Part shown: piece after piece, positions 40,188-49,615 of the stretch
Position numbering within the stretch: position 1 is the stretch's first letter
Layout: every line of letters starts with the position of its first letter
NCBI GenBank assembly: GCA_965242865.1
Contig: CBDETK010000013.1
Span: 4,032,001-4,096,000, forward strand
Length of the DNA: 64,000 nt
Direction: 5' to 3'
From: Candidatus Latescibacterota bacterium
Lineage (GTDB): Bacteria; Latescibacterota; UBA2968; UBA8231
The notes under the pieces: generated by a model
What the model saw: only the letters and a program-made list of their open reading frames with translations
What the model was told of the DNA's origin: nothing
The model's database searches: none
Position numbers and translations under genes: made by a program

Positions 40188-40999
40188 CCGTCGCGCTCCT
40201 CGACGAGGAGGGTATGCACCCCGGCCTCGTCCCAGCGTTGCTGGTCTTGCGGCTGGATGCGATAGCCGATCACAACCGCCAACGCATCCTGCAAAAACAC
40301 CGCGTTTAAGGCATCGGCCGCTTGTCGCGCCCGCTCCAAGTCGCGTTGGCTGATGGCGTTAGATACCTCAACGGCGACCCACACGGGCGTGCGATTTGCC
40401 TTGCGCTGCGCCCGGACGATGAGGTCGGTCGCGTTAATGCGGGTTTCCTGCCCGTCGTCAATGACGCCCGCATCAAAGGCTTCTTCCACCGGCTGGAACA
40501 GTTCGGGATGGGTGTCTTGGACCGGACTTTGCAGAACCTGCGCCCGGCGCAACCCCAGCCGCTGGCTGATCAGCGGTCGAATCCGCCGATGGAGCTTCAC
40601 TTCCAACATGTCGCCCTTGAGTATGGCTAAGTCGGTTTCTACCCGCGTCACACGGGCTTTGAGTTCAGCCACGTCGGCTTCTATCCGCGTCATGCGAGTT
40701 TTAAGTTCAGCCACGTCGGCTTCTATCCGCGTCATGCGGGTATTGAGTTCAGCCACGTCGGCTTCTATCCGCGTCATGCGGGTATTGAGTTCAGCCATGT
40801 CGGTTTCTACCCGCGTCATGCGAGTTTTGAATTCAGCCACGTCGGCTTCTATCCGCTCCAAGCGGATGGGCATGCCGAGGAATTCGTTGGTCAGCAAGGC
40901 CCGCAACAACAGGGTCTGGGCGTTGGGGTTGGCTTGCAATTCGGCGATGATGCGAGCTACCAAGGACTCGGAGTCAAGGGAAGAGGGTATCGTAGTCAT
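40184..40999 (-). CDS. Coiled-coil repeat protein with a C-terminal PD-(D/E)XK-like domain
   Basis: 14-aa repeats TRIEADVAELNTRM; TDLIVRA..VAVEVS..DLERA..A..L pattern; AGAGG RBS. Confidence 0.7.
   Translation of the reverse strand: MTTIPSSLDSESLVARIIAELQANPNAQTLLLRALLTNEFLGMPIRLERIEADVAEFKTRMTRVETDMAELNTRMTRIEADVAELNTRMTRIEADVAELKTRMTRIEADVAELKARVTRVETDLAILKGDMLEVKLHRRIRPLISQRLGLRRAQVLQSPVQDTHPELFQPVEEAFDAGVIDDGQETRINATDLIVRAQRKANRTPVWVAVEVSNAISQRDLERARQAADALNAVFLQDALAVVIGYRIQPQDQQRWDEAGVHTLLVEERDG
40631..40856. repeat. 42-bp tandem repeat, 5 full units plus a partial
   Basis: Units start at 40631, 40673, 40715, 40757, 40799 and 40841 (GTCGGCTTCTATCCGCGTCATGCG...). Confidence 0.95.
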
Positions 41000-41074
41000 G
41001 GCTTACCTCTGTTGCATGGTTGGCGGTCTCTGCATTTGACCGCGGTGCTTTCGGGGCACTAGAAAATAATATAG

Positions 41075-41102
41075 ACAAAGCGAAACAAAGCGAAACAAAG
41101 CG
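41075..41102. repeat. 10-bp direct repeat (ACAAAGCGAA) x~2.8
   Basis: ACAAAGCGAAACAAAGCGAAACAAAGCG, ~75 bp upstream of the 40999 start. Confidence 0.8.
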
Positions 41103-41253
41103 CGAGGCCCCACTCAAGTTAAAGCAATATACGTGCCAGTGCCGACGGTCGGGGGAGCGGTGGCTTGTGGGCGGCGCACACTGTGTCGGAAAGCACCCAC
41201 CGCTGGGTTGTTTACGCGCCGCTGGGCGTCGTGGGGCAAGCGGTCCGGCAAGC

Positions 41254-44200
41254 TCAAGCGACCGCCACCTCGTCGTCCTCAACCGTTACCGCGCCGTCCT
41301 GCACCAGCGTTCTCAGGGCGGCTCCCACCTTCTGCTTCGCTTTGGCCGTTGCGCGGCGAAAGCCCAGCAGCGAGAGGGCCTCAGCAATGGCCGCTTCTTC
41401 CGACAGGCTAAAGGCCGCCCGGATTACCTCGATCAAGGCCACGCAGATTTCCTCGTCGGGCACCAGCTCGATGTTTCTCGCGGTGGAGGGCAGGTCCGAG
41501 CGGTCGCGCACCCGGACCGGCTTGTCGCTGTCGGCAAACAGGAAGTCGCCTGCTAAGTGGAGGAGGCCGTTCTGGTGACCGAATTCGGCGGCCCGCTTTA
41601 TGTGCCCTAGCATTCTCGACCCCACGCGGGCAAAGCCGGCCGATTCAGCGAGCCGCCGCGCCGCCTCGGTCAGGTGAACGGGGCCTTCAATGTCGATCAC
41701 CTGGCGCATGGCTTGAGCGACATCGGCTAGGGGCAACTCGTGGATCTCGGCTGCAATGCCCAAATCGCCCGTGGCCAACACATAGAGGTCGGCCTGTAAG
41801 TTGTTGTCCGTCGGCTCGTCGCGATTGATGGGCTGGGGCGGCGCTGGGGTGGGAGATGCGGGAGGTTCTTCGGCCACGCGCAGGGCCTGAGCAATGGAAT
41901 CGGCGAGGCGGGCGCTTTCTCTGTGGGGATCCCGGAACCAGTCGGTGCTCCAAATGCGATGGAAGCGCCAGCCCAAGCCCTCCAGCACGCTTTGCCGCAA
42001 ACGGTCGCGGTCGCGGGCTGTTGCTGAGCTGTGATAACTCGCGCCGTCGCACTCTACGGCCAAAACGTAGCGGCCGGGCTCCTGGGGGTCGCGCACGGCA
42101 ATGTCAATATAAAAGCCCGCGGAACCCACTTGCGGCTCAATGTCGTAGCCTAGCCGGCGAATGGCGTCGATCACGGCCTCTTCAAACGGCGAATCCGGTG
42201 CCTTTCCGGTCTCGTCCGGGCGGTCCTCTAGTTCCCCGGTCTGGGCGTAGTGCAAGAAGCTCTTCAAGGCGCGCACCCCAAACGGCGAATGGCCCTCGGT
42301 TTTCATGTCGTCGGCCGTAAAATTGCTAAAGACCTCCATGGCCAAGCGGGCGCGCGTGATCAGCACATTCAAGCGGCGCTCGCCTCCCTCGCGGTTCACC
42401 GGACCAAAACTCGCGCTCATATTGCCGTGGGCCGTGCGGCCATAGCCAATGCTGATGAAGATCACGTCGCGCTCATCCCCCTGCACGTTCTCCAAGTTCT
42501 TGACAAAAAAGCCCTCTAGCGCACCGGTCGCGAAAAACTCCTCGCAGCTCGGATCTAAGCGGCGCAACCGCTCGATTTCCAGCAAAATGCAGTCGCGTTG
42601 AGCGGTCGAAAACGCGACCACGCCTAAGGTCGCATCCGGGTGTGTTTGGGCGTGGCGCATGACCGCCTCGGCTACGGCGCGCGCCTCCACTGGGTTGGTG
42701 CGCGAGCTACCGCGCTCGTACACCGCCTCGGGCAGGTGATTGAACGTCAACCCCTTAGCGCGGGCATTCACCCCGGGACTGGGAAAGATCATCAAGCGGT
42801 CGCGGTAAAATTCCCGATTGGAAACGGCGATCAGGGAATCGTGTCGGCTCCGATAGTGCCAGCGCAACATGGACTCTGGGGCTCCTTGCGACACGAACAT
42901 GCTCAAAATGCTCTCAATGTCGGCGGTCTGGCTTTCTTCGTCGTCTAGCTCCAAGGCTTTGGTAAAGAAGTCGGTCGGCGGCATCTGGCGCGTGTCCCCG
43001 ACCACCACCACCTGTTTGCCGCGCAGAATCGGGCCGATTGCATCCACCACTTTCACCTGACTGGCTTCGTCAAACACCACCAAGTCAAAGTCCAACGCGC
43101 CCTGTTCCAAGTAGGTCGCCACCGACATGGGGCTCATCATAAACACGGGCTTTATTTGCTGAATCGCCCGGCCGGCTTGGGCGATGAGCTGGCGAATCGG
43201 CATATAGCGGCGCTTCTTGTTGATCTCGCGGCGAATAAGCGCCATCTGGCCGGCAGCGTTGGCGGCCGGCAAGCGGTGGTAGTGCTTTAAGACCAATGCT
43301 TCGCGGGCGTGGTGCAGCAGTTCCTCGTCCAAGCGTCTAAATTCAGCGATGGCGCTTTCGTGGCTCGCCCGATTAAACCGCTTGATCGTCTCGCTCGTGC
43401 TGTATGCCTCGTGTACCAAGCCCTCGTAATAGGCTTTCTTCAGGGAGGTCAGCAGCAGGGCTGGGGGTGCTGTCCAGTCGTAAGACAGTCGATCGATCTG
43501 TTCCAACTCGTTGGCACACAGTTTTTTTCTCAGGTGGTTGTAGTGCGCCATCGGTGCTAAGGCACCGATTTGGTCGCGCCAACGATTGAGCTCGGCTGCC
43601 AGCTCACCCAACGGCCGCTCTTCAATGGGTCGCGTTTTTATTTTTAGCCGCTGGCTCACTTCGTCAACTCGCTCTTTTAGCTCGCCCGCGGTGCGCTCGA
43701 GCGCCGCCAACGGTTCCTCGCACCCCGCGAGTTTCCCACCGCCCTGCAAGAATGTTAGCAAGCCTTCCGGCACCGCGCCCTCGCTTACTTCTCGGTGCAA
43801 CGCGCCGATCCAAGCACTGAGCGCCTTCAAGACGCCCCAATCGCTGCTCGACCCCTTCCATTGCATCCCCAACAGGCTTTCGCCCAAGGGCTCGTGCTCG
43901 GCATACAACGCGCGCCGGGCTTGGTACTTGAGGATGTCGTCGATGAGAGCCACGCATGCGTTGGCATCGGCGGGCAAGTCGCCTTTCACCAAACCTTGCA
44001 GGGTGCGGCGGGCGCGACCAAAGCTGGGAAAGATAAAGCGCCACCAGTGCCGGCCGGTGGTGGCCCACGCTTGGCGCACGCTCAACAGGTCGGCCTGCCA
44101 AGCCTGCTCGATCAATTGCGCGCGCCGCTTGTCTTGCAGGGCCGTCATTTCTTGGCCGGCTTGGAGCAGGGCCTCGATTTGCTCGCTGCGGTGTTGCCAG

Positions 44201-45882
44201 TCCGCCGCGGTCAGCGGCACGCCCGCTAAGGGCGGCGCATTCCGCACGCGCTCGCCAGCGCGGCATACAGCCCGCAGCGCGGCGAGGGTTTCCGGGCCGT
44301 CTAGACCCATCCTTTCAGATAGGGCGTCGCCCAACTTCCGGCCCTTGTCGAGGGATGCGAGTGCCTTGGTCAAGCAAGCAACGATCTCGTTTTGCTCAAT
44401 CGGCGAAACGTGCTCTAGCGTCGATTGGGCAAAGGGGCTGTGGGCCGGGGTACCCATCGTCGCTAAGTGCTCAACCAGTTCGCGCACCTGCGCGCAGGCG
44501 TTTGCAAAGCTGTCTTCGTCCCAATGGCGCAACCCGGCAAAGTCCAGCGTCGGCAGTTCGCGCCCACCGGCTTCTTGGCTCAGCTTGAGGAGGTGCCCTT
44601 GGGCATTTATATAGCTCGTTCCCGAAGTCAGGATGGGATGGTTCACCGCGCGGCAATACGCATCGAGTTGTTGGCGCAACTGGGCGTGGCGGCGTTTTTT
44701 GGCCGCGTGATTCGCCACGGCCGGCGGGCCGAGTTCGAGTGTGCGCCTCAGTTCTTGCAGGACGGCACTCTTATTGCTCTTGTGGCTGTGCAGCTCCAGC
44801 ACGGCGTCGCCCAAGTGGCACTCGTCGAGGCGGCGTTTTACCACCTCTAAGGCCGCCATCTTTTCGGCGACAAAGAGCACGGTTTTTTCGTCGGATAGGG
44901 CCTCGGCGATGATATTGGTAATGGTCTGGGATTTGCCCGTGCCCGGCGGGCCTTGGATGACCAAGTTGGAGTCTTGCTTCACCGCCAAGACCGCTTGCGT
45001 CTGGCTGGAGTCCGCGTCCAACACAAAGTGGAGATCCGCGGGCTCGACCTCGGCGCGAGGCATTGAGGGCAACCCAGTGCCGCCGCCGCCAAATCCGTCG
45101 GCGAGCAGGTTTTGCAACACCTCGTGGTCGTAGGGCTTGTGGCCTGCGGGCCAATTATCCGGGTCTAAATCCTGATACATCTGGAACTTGCCAAAGGAAA
45201 AAAACCCGAGCGCGATTTCATCGGCCTGCACCTGCCAGCGCGGCAGGTGCGCCACGCCAGCGGCCACTTCGTTTAAGTACTCATCCAGATCGAGCTCTTC
45301 CTCGAACTCCGGCAGCGTTATCTCGAACTCGCTTTTTAGCTTGTTGGCGAGCGTCAGATTCGGCCCGAGGTCGGCCTCGGTGTACGCCACCTTGTAGCGC
45401 GCTCTCGCGCTGCCGCGCTGCAAAGAAACCGGCACCAATACGAGCGGTGCTTTGCGGGGTATGGAGGAGCTTTCGGCTTCGTACCAAGTCAGAAAGCCCA
45501 AGGCCAAATACAACAGATCCACGCCCTGCTCTTGGTAGTAGCTCTCGGCCTCCGCGCTGATCTTGAGGAGGCTTTTGTCGAGCGCGTCCGCCGAGAGTTT
45601 GGTTTGCAGGCGGTTGTCGGTGTGGCGGCGGTCTGCGTCCTCGTCCTCCAAAATGCTGGGCAGTGCTTGCGGGTCGCTTTCTTCCGCTGGCGACGCCGGC
45701 ACCGGGACAAACGCCATCTGCTTTTGCTCGGCCACCAATATCCGAAACACTTCCCGCGACTTCTCGTGGATTACTGCGAGCGTTTTCGCGCCGGGACGAA
45801 AGTTGAGCAGGGTGTTGCCGCGCAAGCCCATATCCAATAATTCCGACCGGCTGACTGCGAGTTTTTCTGCTAAAGATGGCAT
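41254..45882 (-). CDS. DUF4011-SF1 helicase-Vsr/REase-like-DUF3320 protein (Hhe-like anti-phage candidate)
   Basis: LLDMGLRGNTLLNF, LYLALGFL, QGPPGTGKSQTITN, FDEASQ, VQGDERD, RLNVLITRAR, DSPFEE..VECDG..GW.FHRIWSTDW. Confidence 0.88.
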   Translation of the reverse strand: MPSLAEKLAVSRSELLDMGLRGNTLLNFRPGAKTLAVIHEKSREVFRILVAEQKQMAFVPVPASPAEESDPQALPSILEDEDADRRHTDNRLQTKLSADALDKSLLKISAEAESYYQEQGVDLLYLALGFLTWYEAESSSIPRKAPLVLVPVSLQRGSARARYKVAYTEADLGPNLTLANKLKSEFEITLPEFEEELDLDEYLNEVAAGVAHLPRWQVQADEIALGFFSFGKFQMYQDLDPDNWPAGHKPYDHEVLQNLLADGFGGGGTGLPSMPRAEVEPADLHFVLDADSSQTQAVLAVKQDSNLVIQGPPGTGKSQTITNIIAEALSDEKTVLFVAEKMAALEVVKRRLDECHLGDAVLELHSHKSNKSAVLQELRRTLELGPPAVANHAAKKRRHAQLRQQLDAYCRAVNHPILTSGTSYINAQGHLLKLSQEAGGRELPTLDFAGLRHWDEDSFANACAQVRELVEHLATMGTPAHSPFAQSTLEHVSPIEQNEIVACLTKALASLDKGRKLGDALSERMGLDGPETLAALRAVCRAGERVRNAPPLAGVPLTAADWQHRSEQIEALLQAGQEMTALQDKRRAQLIEQAWQADLLSVRQAWATTGRHWWRFIFPSFGRARRTLQGLVKGDLPADANACVALIDDILKYQARRALYAEHEPLGESLLGMQWKGSSSDWGVLKALSAWIGALHREVSEGAVPEGLLTFLQGGGKLAGCEEPLAALERTAGELKERVDEVSQRLKIKTRPIEERPLGELAAELNRWRDQIGALAPMAHYNHLRKKLCANELEQIDRLSYDWTAPPALLLTSLKKAYYEGLVHEAYSTSETIKRFNRASHESAIAEFRRLDEELLHHAREALVLKHYHRLPAANAAGQMALIRREINKKRRYMPIRQLIAQAGRAIQQIKPVFMMSPMSVATYLEQGALDFDLVVFDEASQVKVVDAIGPILRGKQVVVVGDTRQMPPTDFFTKALELDDEESQTADIESILSMFVSQGAPESMLRWHYRSRHDSLIAVSNREFYRDRLMIFPSPGVNARAKGLTFNHLPEAVYERGSSRTNPVEARAVAEAVMRHAQTHPDATLGVVAFSTAQRDCILLEIERLRRLDPSCEEFFATGALEGFFVKNLENVQGDERDVIFISIGYGRTAHGNMSASFGPVNREGGERRLNVLITRARLAMEVFSNFTADDMKTEGHSPFGVRALKSFLHYAQTGELEDRPDETGKAPDSPFEEAVIDAIRRLGYDIEPQVGSAGFYIDIAVRDPQEPGRYVLAVECDGASYHSSATARDRDRLRQSVLEGLGWRFHRIWSTDWFRDPHRESARLADSIAQALRVAEEPPASPTPAPPQPINRDEPTDNNLQADLYVLATGDLGIAAEIHELPLADVAQAMRQVIDIEGPVHLTEAARRLAESAGFARVGSRMLGHIKRAAEFGHQNGLLHLAGDFLFADSDKPVRVRDRSDLPSTARNIELVPDEEICVALIEVIRAAFSLSEEAAIAEALSLLGFRRATAKAKQKVGAALRTLVQDGAVTVEDDEVAVA

Positions 45883-45932
45883 GTTGGTCGATTCGTCCGT
45901 CTTAAATGCACTCGGCGTAGCGCGCCCGCCCG

Positions 45933-46661
45933 TCATTCGCTGTCGCGCAACAGCCAGCGCACGGCGTTTTGCTGCAACTTCTCGTAGGCCGGGTTCCAAA
46001 GGGCGGCGATGGTGTGTCCCGGGGATACATAGCACACGCGGCCCGCGCCGTACTCGTACGCCCAAGCCGCCTCGCACGTGGTGCCCAAGTCCTGCCAAGT
46101 GTGCCCGTCGTCGTTGACGCTGACGGCCAAGATGTGGGCGGGGTCTTTGTCGTAGTGCATAAAGTGCTGCTCGTCCTCGACGACAAAGTCCGCCACGCCG
46201 CGCGTTATGGGGTGGTCGGTGCGCGTGATGTGGACGCGATAGGGACGCACCGGCGGGTGTCCTTGGGTCGCGGCGCCCAACACGTGGCGAAAGTCGCGGC
46301 TGCCCGGGGCGATGTACGTGGAATTGTGGTAGAAAAGAGCCGCCCCACCTGCCTCCACAAAGCTCCGCACGGCGCGGCCTTGGGCCTCGGTAATCCACTG
46401 CACGGGATGGGATTTTGCGGCCTCAACGGGTGGCTCGCTGACGGGCGCGGCCTCTAGGCCGTAGCCATTGGGCCAGATCATGCCGTCGCGAAAGACTATC
46501 AGCAGCCGATAGCCCGACAGGTGTTGGGCGTTGAGTAGGGAAAGCTCGTCGGTAAAATCAATGGACAATCCCGCGCCTTGGACCAAGGTGCGGCCCAAAG
46601 CCGTGCGGATGTAATCCGACGTGTGATAGCGGTCGCCCACTAGGGCAAAGGCCGTAGCCAT
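45933..46661 (-). CDS. ThuA-like (class I GATase-fold) protein
   Basis: GDRYH, FVEAGG..FYHN, HPP, DHPITRGV.DF..DEQH, YGAGRVCY..PGH. Confidence 0.8.
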   Translation of the reverse strand: MATAFALVGDRYHTSDYIRTALGRTLVQGAGLSIDFTDELSLLNAQHLSGYRLLIVFRDGMIWPNGYGLEAAPVSEPPVEAAKSHPVQWITEAQGRAVRSFVEAGGAALFYHNSTYIAPGSRDFRHVLGAATQGHPPVRPYRVHITRTDHPITRGVADFVVEDEQHFMHYDKDPAHILAVSVNDDGHTWQDLGTTCEAAWAYEYGAGRVCYVSPGHTIAALWNPAYEKLQQNAVRWLLRDSE

Positions 46662-46674
46662 AAATCGTCTCCTC

Positions 46675-46816
46675 TGTGATTGGGTGGTTGCGATGGGCGC
46701 GGGCAACCATGATTGCCGGGTGGTTGGGTGGTTGCAATGGGCGGGGGCGACCACGATTGCCATGTGTGATTGGGCGTCCGCAATGGGCGCGGGCAACCAC
46801 GGAGGGTTGCCCCTAC
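46675..46816. repeat. GTAG-type REP element with degenerate tandem copies
   Basis: Minus strand GTAG-GGGCAACC-CTCCGT-GGTTGCCC at 46791-46816; related ATGGGCG.GGGC.ACCA units at ~46693 and ~46737. Confidence 0.7.
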
Positions 46817-48304
46817 CTAGAACCGTTCCAAATGGGGGAATTTTTCTTTGCCGCTATGGACGTGCATGGCGCCGCCTTCGGCGCATCGACGCAGGGTGGG
46901 AAACACCTTGCCCGGGTTTAATACCTGCTGTGGGTCAAATTCGGCCTTGATTTGCTCTTGGGCGTCCAAATCGGCGTCCTTGAACATGCACGGCATTAAA
47001 TCTCGCTTCTCAATGCCCACTCCGTGCTCTCCGCTCAACACGCCGCCCACCTCGACGCAGAGCTTCAAGATCTCGGCCCCCAACGCCTCGGCCTTTTCCA
47101 GATCGCCCTCGACATTGCTGTCGTACAGCACGAGCGGATGTAGGTTGCCGTCGCCGGCGTGGAAAACGTTGGCTACCCGCAGGCCATAAAGGGCCGACAG
47201 TTCGCCGATTCGCTGGAGCACCTGCGGCAGCGCACCGCGCGGGATGGTCCCGTCCATGCAGTAGTAGTCGGGACTAATCCGGCCCATCGCCGGAAAGGCC
47301 GCTTTGCGGCCGGCCCACAGCTTTTGCCGCTCGGCCTCGGTTGTGGCGCGAGAAAGCGCGGTCGCGCCGGTCTGCCGCAAGAGCGATTCCAGCGCTTGGC
47401 TGTGGCACTCGACCTCGCTTTGCGGCCCGTCCAATTCAACCAGCAAGAGGGCGGCCACTCCGAGCGGATAGCCGGCGCCGACAAAGCCCTCGACCGCTTC
47501 AACCGAGAGCTGATCCATGATTTCCATGCCGGCCGGGACCATGCCGGCGGCGATGATCTCGGCCACGGCCTGCCCGGCCGCTTCAACCGAATCGTACACG
47601 GCCATCATGGCTTGGGCCACTTCCGGCTTGGGCAAGATCCGCAGGGTGGCCTCCGTGGTAATGGCCAACAGCCCTTCCGAGCCGGTCAGCAGCCCGAGCA
47701 AGTCGTACCCCGCTTGGTCCATGCCCTTCCCGCCGACTCGCACGATCTCGCCGTCGGCCAACACCACCTCTAGGCCGAGGAGGTTGTTGGTCGTCGTGCC
47801 GTACTTGAGGCAGTGGACGCCGCCGGAGTTTTCGGCGATGTTGCCGCCGATTGAGCAGGCGATCTGGCTCGACGGGTCGGGCGCGTAGTAGAAGCCGCTT
47901 TGCTCTACCGCTTGGGTCACGCTTAGGTTGGTCGCGCCCGGCTGCACGGTTACGGTGCGGTTTGCCAAGTCGATGTCGAGCACCGCTCGCATCCGCGCCG
48001 TGCTCAACACTACCCCGTCTTCTCTCGGCAAGGCTCCTCCCGAAAGCCCGGTGCCGGCGCCCCAAGGGACGATGGGAATGTCGAATTGGGAGCACGACCG
48101 GAGGACGGCTGCGACCTGCTCGGTGCTATCCGGTAAGGCGACCAGCATGGGCCGCTGGCGATACGCCGACAGGCCGTCGCACTCGTAGGCTATTACGTCC
48201 TCGCGGTGGTGAATGATCTGATCGGCGCGCAAGTGCTCGCGCAGGCCGCCGATGAGGGCTTCGCGCCGCTCAAAGCGGGTAGGGTCGGGCGTGGGAAGGT
48301 TCAT
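46817..48304 (-). CDS. glcD: Glycolate oxidase FAD subunit GlcD
   Basis: YECDGL, GAGTGLSGG, APDPSSQIAC, GGVHCLKYG, FHAGDGNLHP, GEHGVG. Confidence 0.88.
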   Translation of the reverse strand: MNLPTPDPTRFERREALIGGLREHLRADQIIHHREDVIAYECDGLSAYRQRPMLVALPDSTEQVAAVLRSCSQFDIPIVPWGAGTGLSGGALPREDGVVLSTARMRAVLDIDLANRTVTVQPGATNLSVTQAVEQSGFYYAPDPSSQIACSIGGNIAENSGGVHCLKYGTTTNNLLGLEVVLADGEIVRVGGKGMDQAGYDLLGLLTGSEGLLAITTEATLRILPKPEVAQAMMAVYDSVEAAGQAVAEIIAAGMVPAGMEIMDQLSVEAVEGFVGAGYPLGVAALLLVELDGPQSEVECHSQALESLLRQTGATALSRATTEAERQKLWAGRKAAFPAMGRISPDYYCMDGTIPRGALPQVLQRIGELSALYGLRVANVFHAGDGNLHPLVLYDSNVEGDLEKAEALGAEILKLCVEVGGVLSGEHGVGIEKRDLMPCMFKDADLDAQEQIKAEFDPQQVLNPGKVFPTLRRCAEGGAMHVHSGKEKFPHLERF

Positions 48305-48586
48305 TGTCGTTTTCTTCTAGCAGTTTTGAGCTTTTGTGGTTCCTTACGAACTGAGTGGATTAGGGCCAGCGCGACAAGATCAGCGTACCCAGCGCCAGCA
48401 AGCTGGCGACTTGCATGCCAACCAACCAGCGCGTTAGTGCGTCTTTTGTCCATACCTGCAAGATAACCGAAAATTTTTACTCCGCGACACCAGCCCCTAG
48501 CCTTTTCTTGCCCTGGCCGAGGGCGGGACGCCAAGTAAGGGGCGCGTACTTAGCTGAAAATGATATGCTGCGTACCGTCCAGTAGC

Positions 48587-48627
48587 AAAATGGGGCCTCT
48601 CTTAAAATACAAGAGAGGCCCCATTTT
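48587..48627. terminator. Perfect 17-bp inverted repeat, bidirectional-terminator shape
   Basis: AAAATGGGGCCTCTCTT-N7-AAGAGAGGCCCCATTTT. Confidence 0.55.
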
Positions 48628-48739
48628 ACGAACTCTCGGTTGGGCAAACGCCTCGCGTGTTGACGTTGCTCGCGCCATGGGTCAATTTTGAGATAATTCG
48701 GCCACTTTTTACTGCACAGTTCCAACGAGGAGCGTTCCC

Positions 48740-49603
48740 ATGCGGCTCGGCGTCGTCGGCATGTTGCCCCCGGACTTTCGCGCAATCAGCGACCAACACC
48801 TCGCGGCAATCAAGGCACTCAATCTCACGGGCGCGGCCTTTCACGCCCCTGGAGAAGCACTGTTTGCCGTCACGCCCGCAGAATGCCACAAGGTGCGCGA
48901 TACTATTGCGGCCGCGGGCATGGATTTGCCCCAATTCGGCATTGGCTTTTCCGAGTGCCTGTTCGATCCCAATCCCGCCGTGCGCGACCAAGTCGTCGGC
49001 AAAATCGAGCGCGGCATTGAGGTCGCCCGCGACTTAGCTGCTCACACGTGCCTAATCCGCACCGGCAGCCTCAACCCATCCGGTTCGTACGCGCCGTCGC
49101 CGCTCAATCTCACGCCCGAGGCCCGCGCCCGACTCGTCGAGACCCTCAAGCGCGTGGCCGCCAAAGCCGAGGCCGCAGCCGTCACCATGGTCATTGAGAC
49201 CCATCTGCTCACCATCATGGGGTCGCCGGAGGTAAACCGCGATGTGCTGCAAGCGGTTGGGTCCGAGCGCATGACCGTGGTCATGGATTACGTCAACCAC
49301 TTCCAGAATTTGCACCAAGTGTACAACAGCACTGAGCGGCTGCAGCACATATTTGAAATTATGAACCCCATCTCGGTCGTCGGGCATTGCAAGGACATCA
49401 AGCTGTCCAATGGCTTGGTGCTCCACATCGACGAGGAGATCCCCGGCGATGGCGAGCTCGACCTCTTTACCGCCCTCGAGCGGTGGCACGACGCCCATCC
49501 CGACGGCTACATGCTCCTAGAGCATCTGCCCAACGAGAAATACCCCAGAGCCGCGGCCAATGTTCACAGCATTCTCGCCGAAGCCGGCATTCCCGTGCAT
49601 TAA
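48740..49603 (+). CDS. Sugar phosphate isomerase/epimerase (xylose-isomerase-like TIM barrel)
   Basis: IETH, MDYVN, GHCKD, PGDGELD, LLEH metal-ligand pattern; GAGGAG RBS. Confidence 0.82.
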   Translation: MRLGVVGMLPPDFRAISDQHLAAIKALNLTGAAFHAPGEALFAVTPAECHKVRDTIAAAGMDLPQFGIGFSECLFDPNPAVRDQVVGKIERGIEVARDLAAHTCLIRTGSLNPSGSYAPSPLNLTPEARARLVETLKRVAAKAEAAAVTMVIETHLLTIMGSPEVNRDVLQAVGSERMTVVMDYVNHFQNLHQVYNSTERLQHIFEIMNPISVVGHCKDIKLSNGLVLHIDEEIPGDGELDLFTALERWHDAHPDGYMLLEHLPNEKYPRAAANVHSILAEAGIPVH

Positions 49604-49615
49604 GCACTCTAACCA

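Noticed and set aside
40631-40856. CRISPR array
   Set aside because: Contiguous 42-bp in-frame coding repeats with no unique spacers and no cas genes
45883-46398. 172-aa N-terminal extension of the DUF4011 ORF
   Set aside because: Overlaps the ThuA gene in another frame and is low-complexity Arg-rich; the real start is ATG 45882
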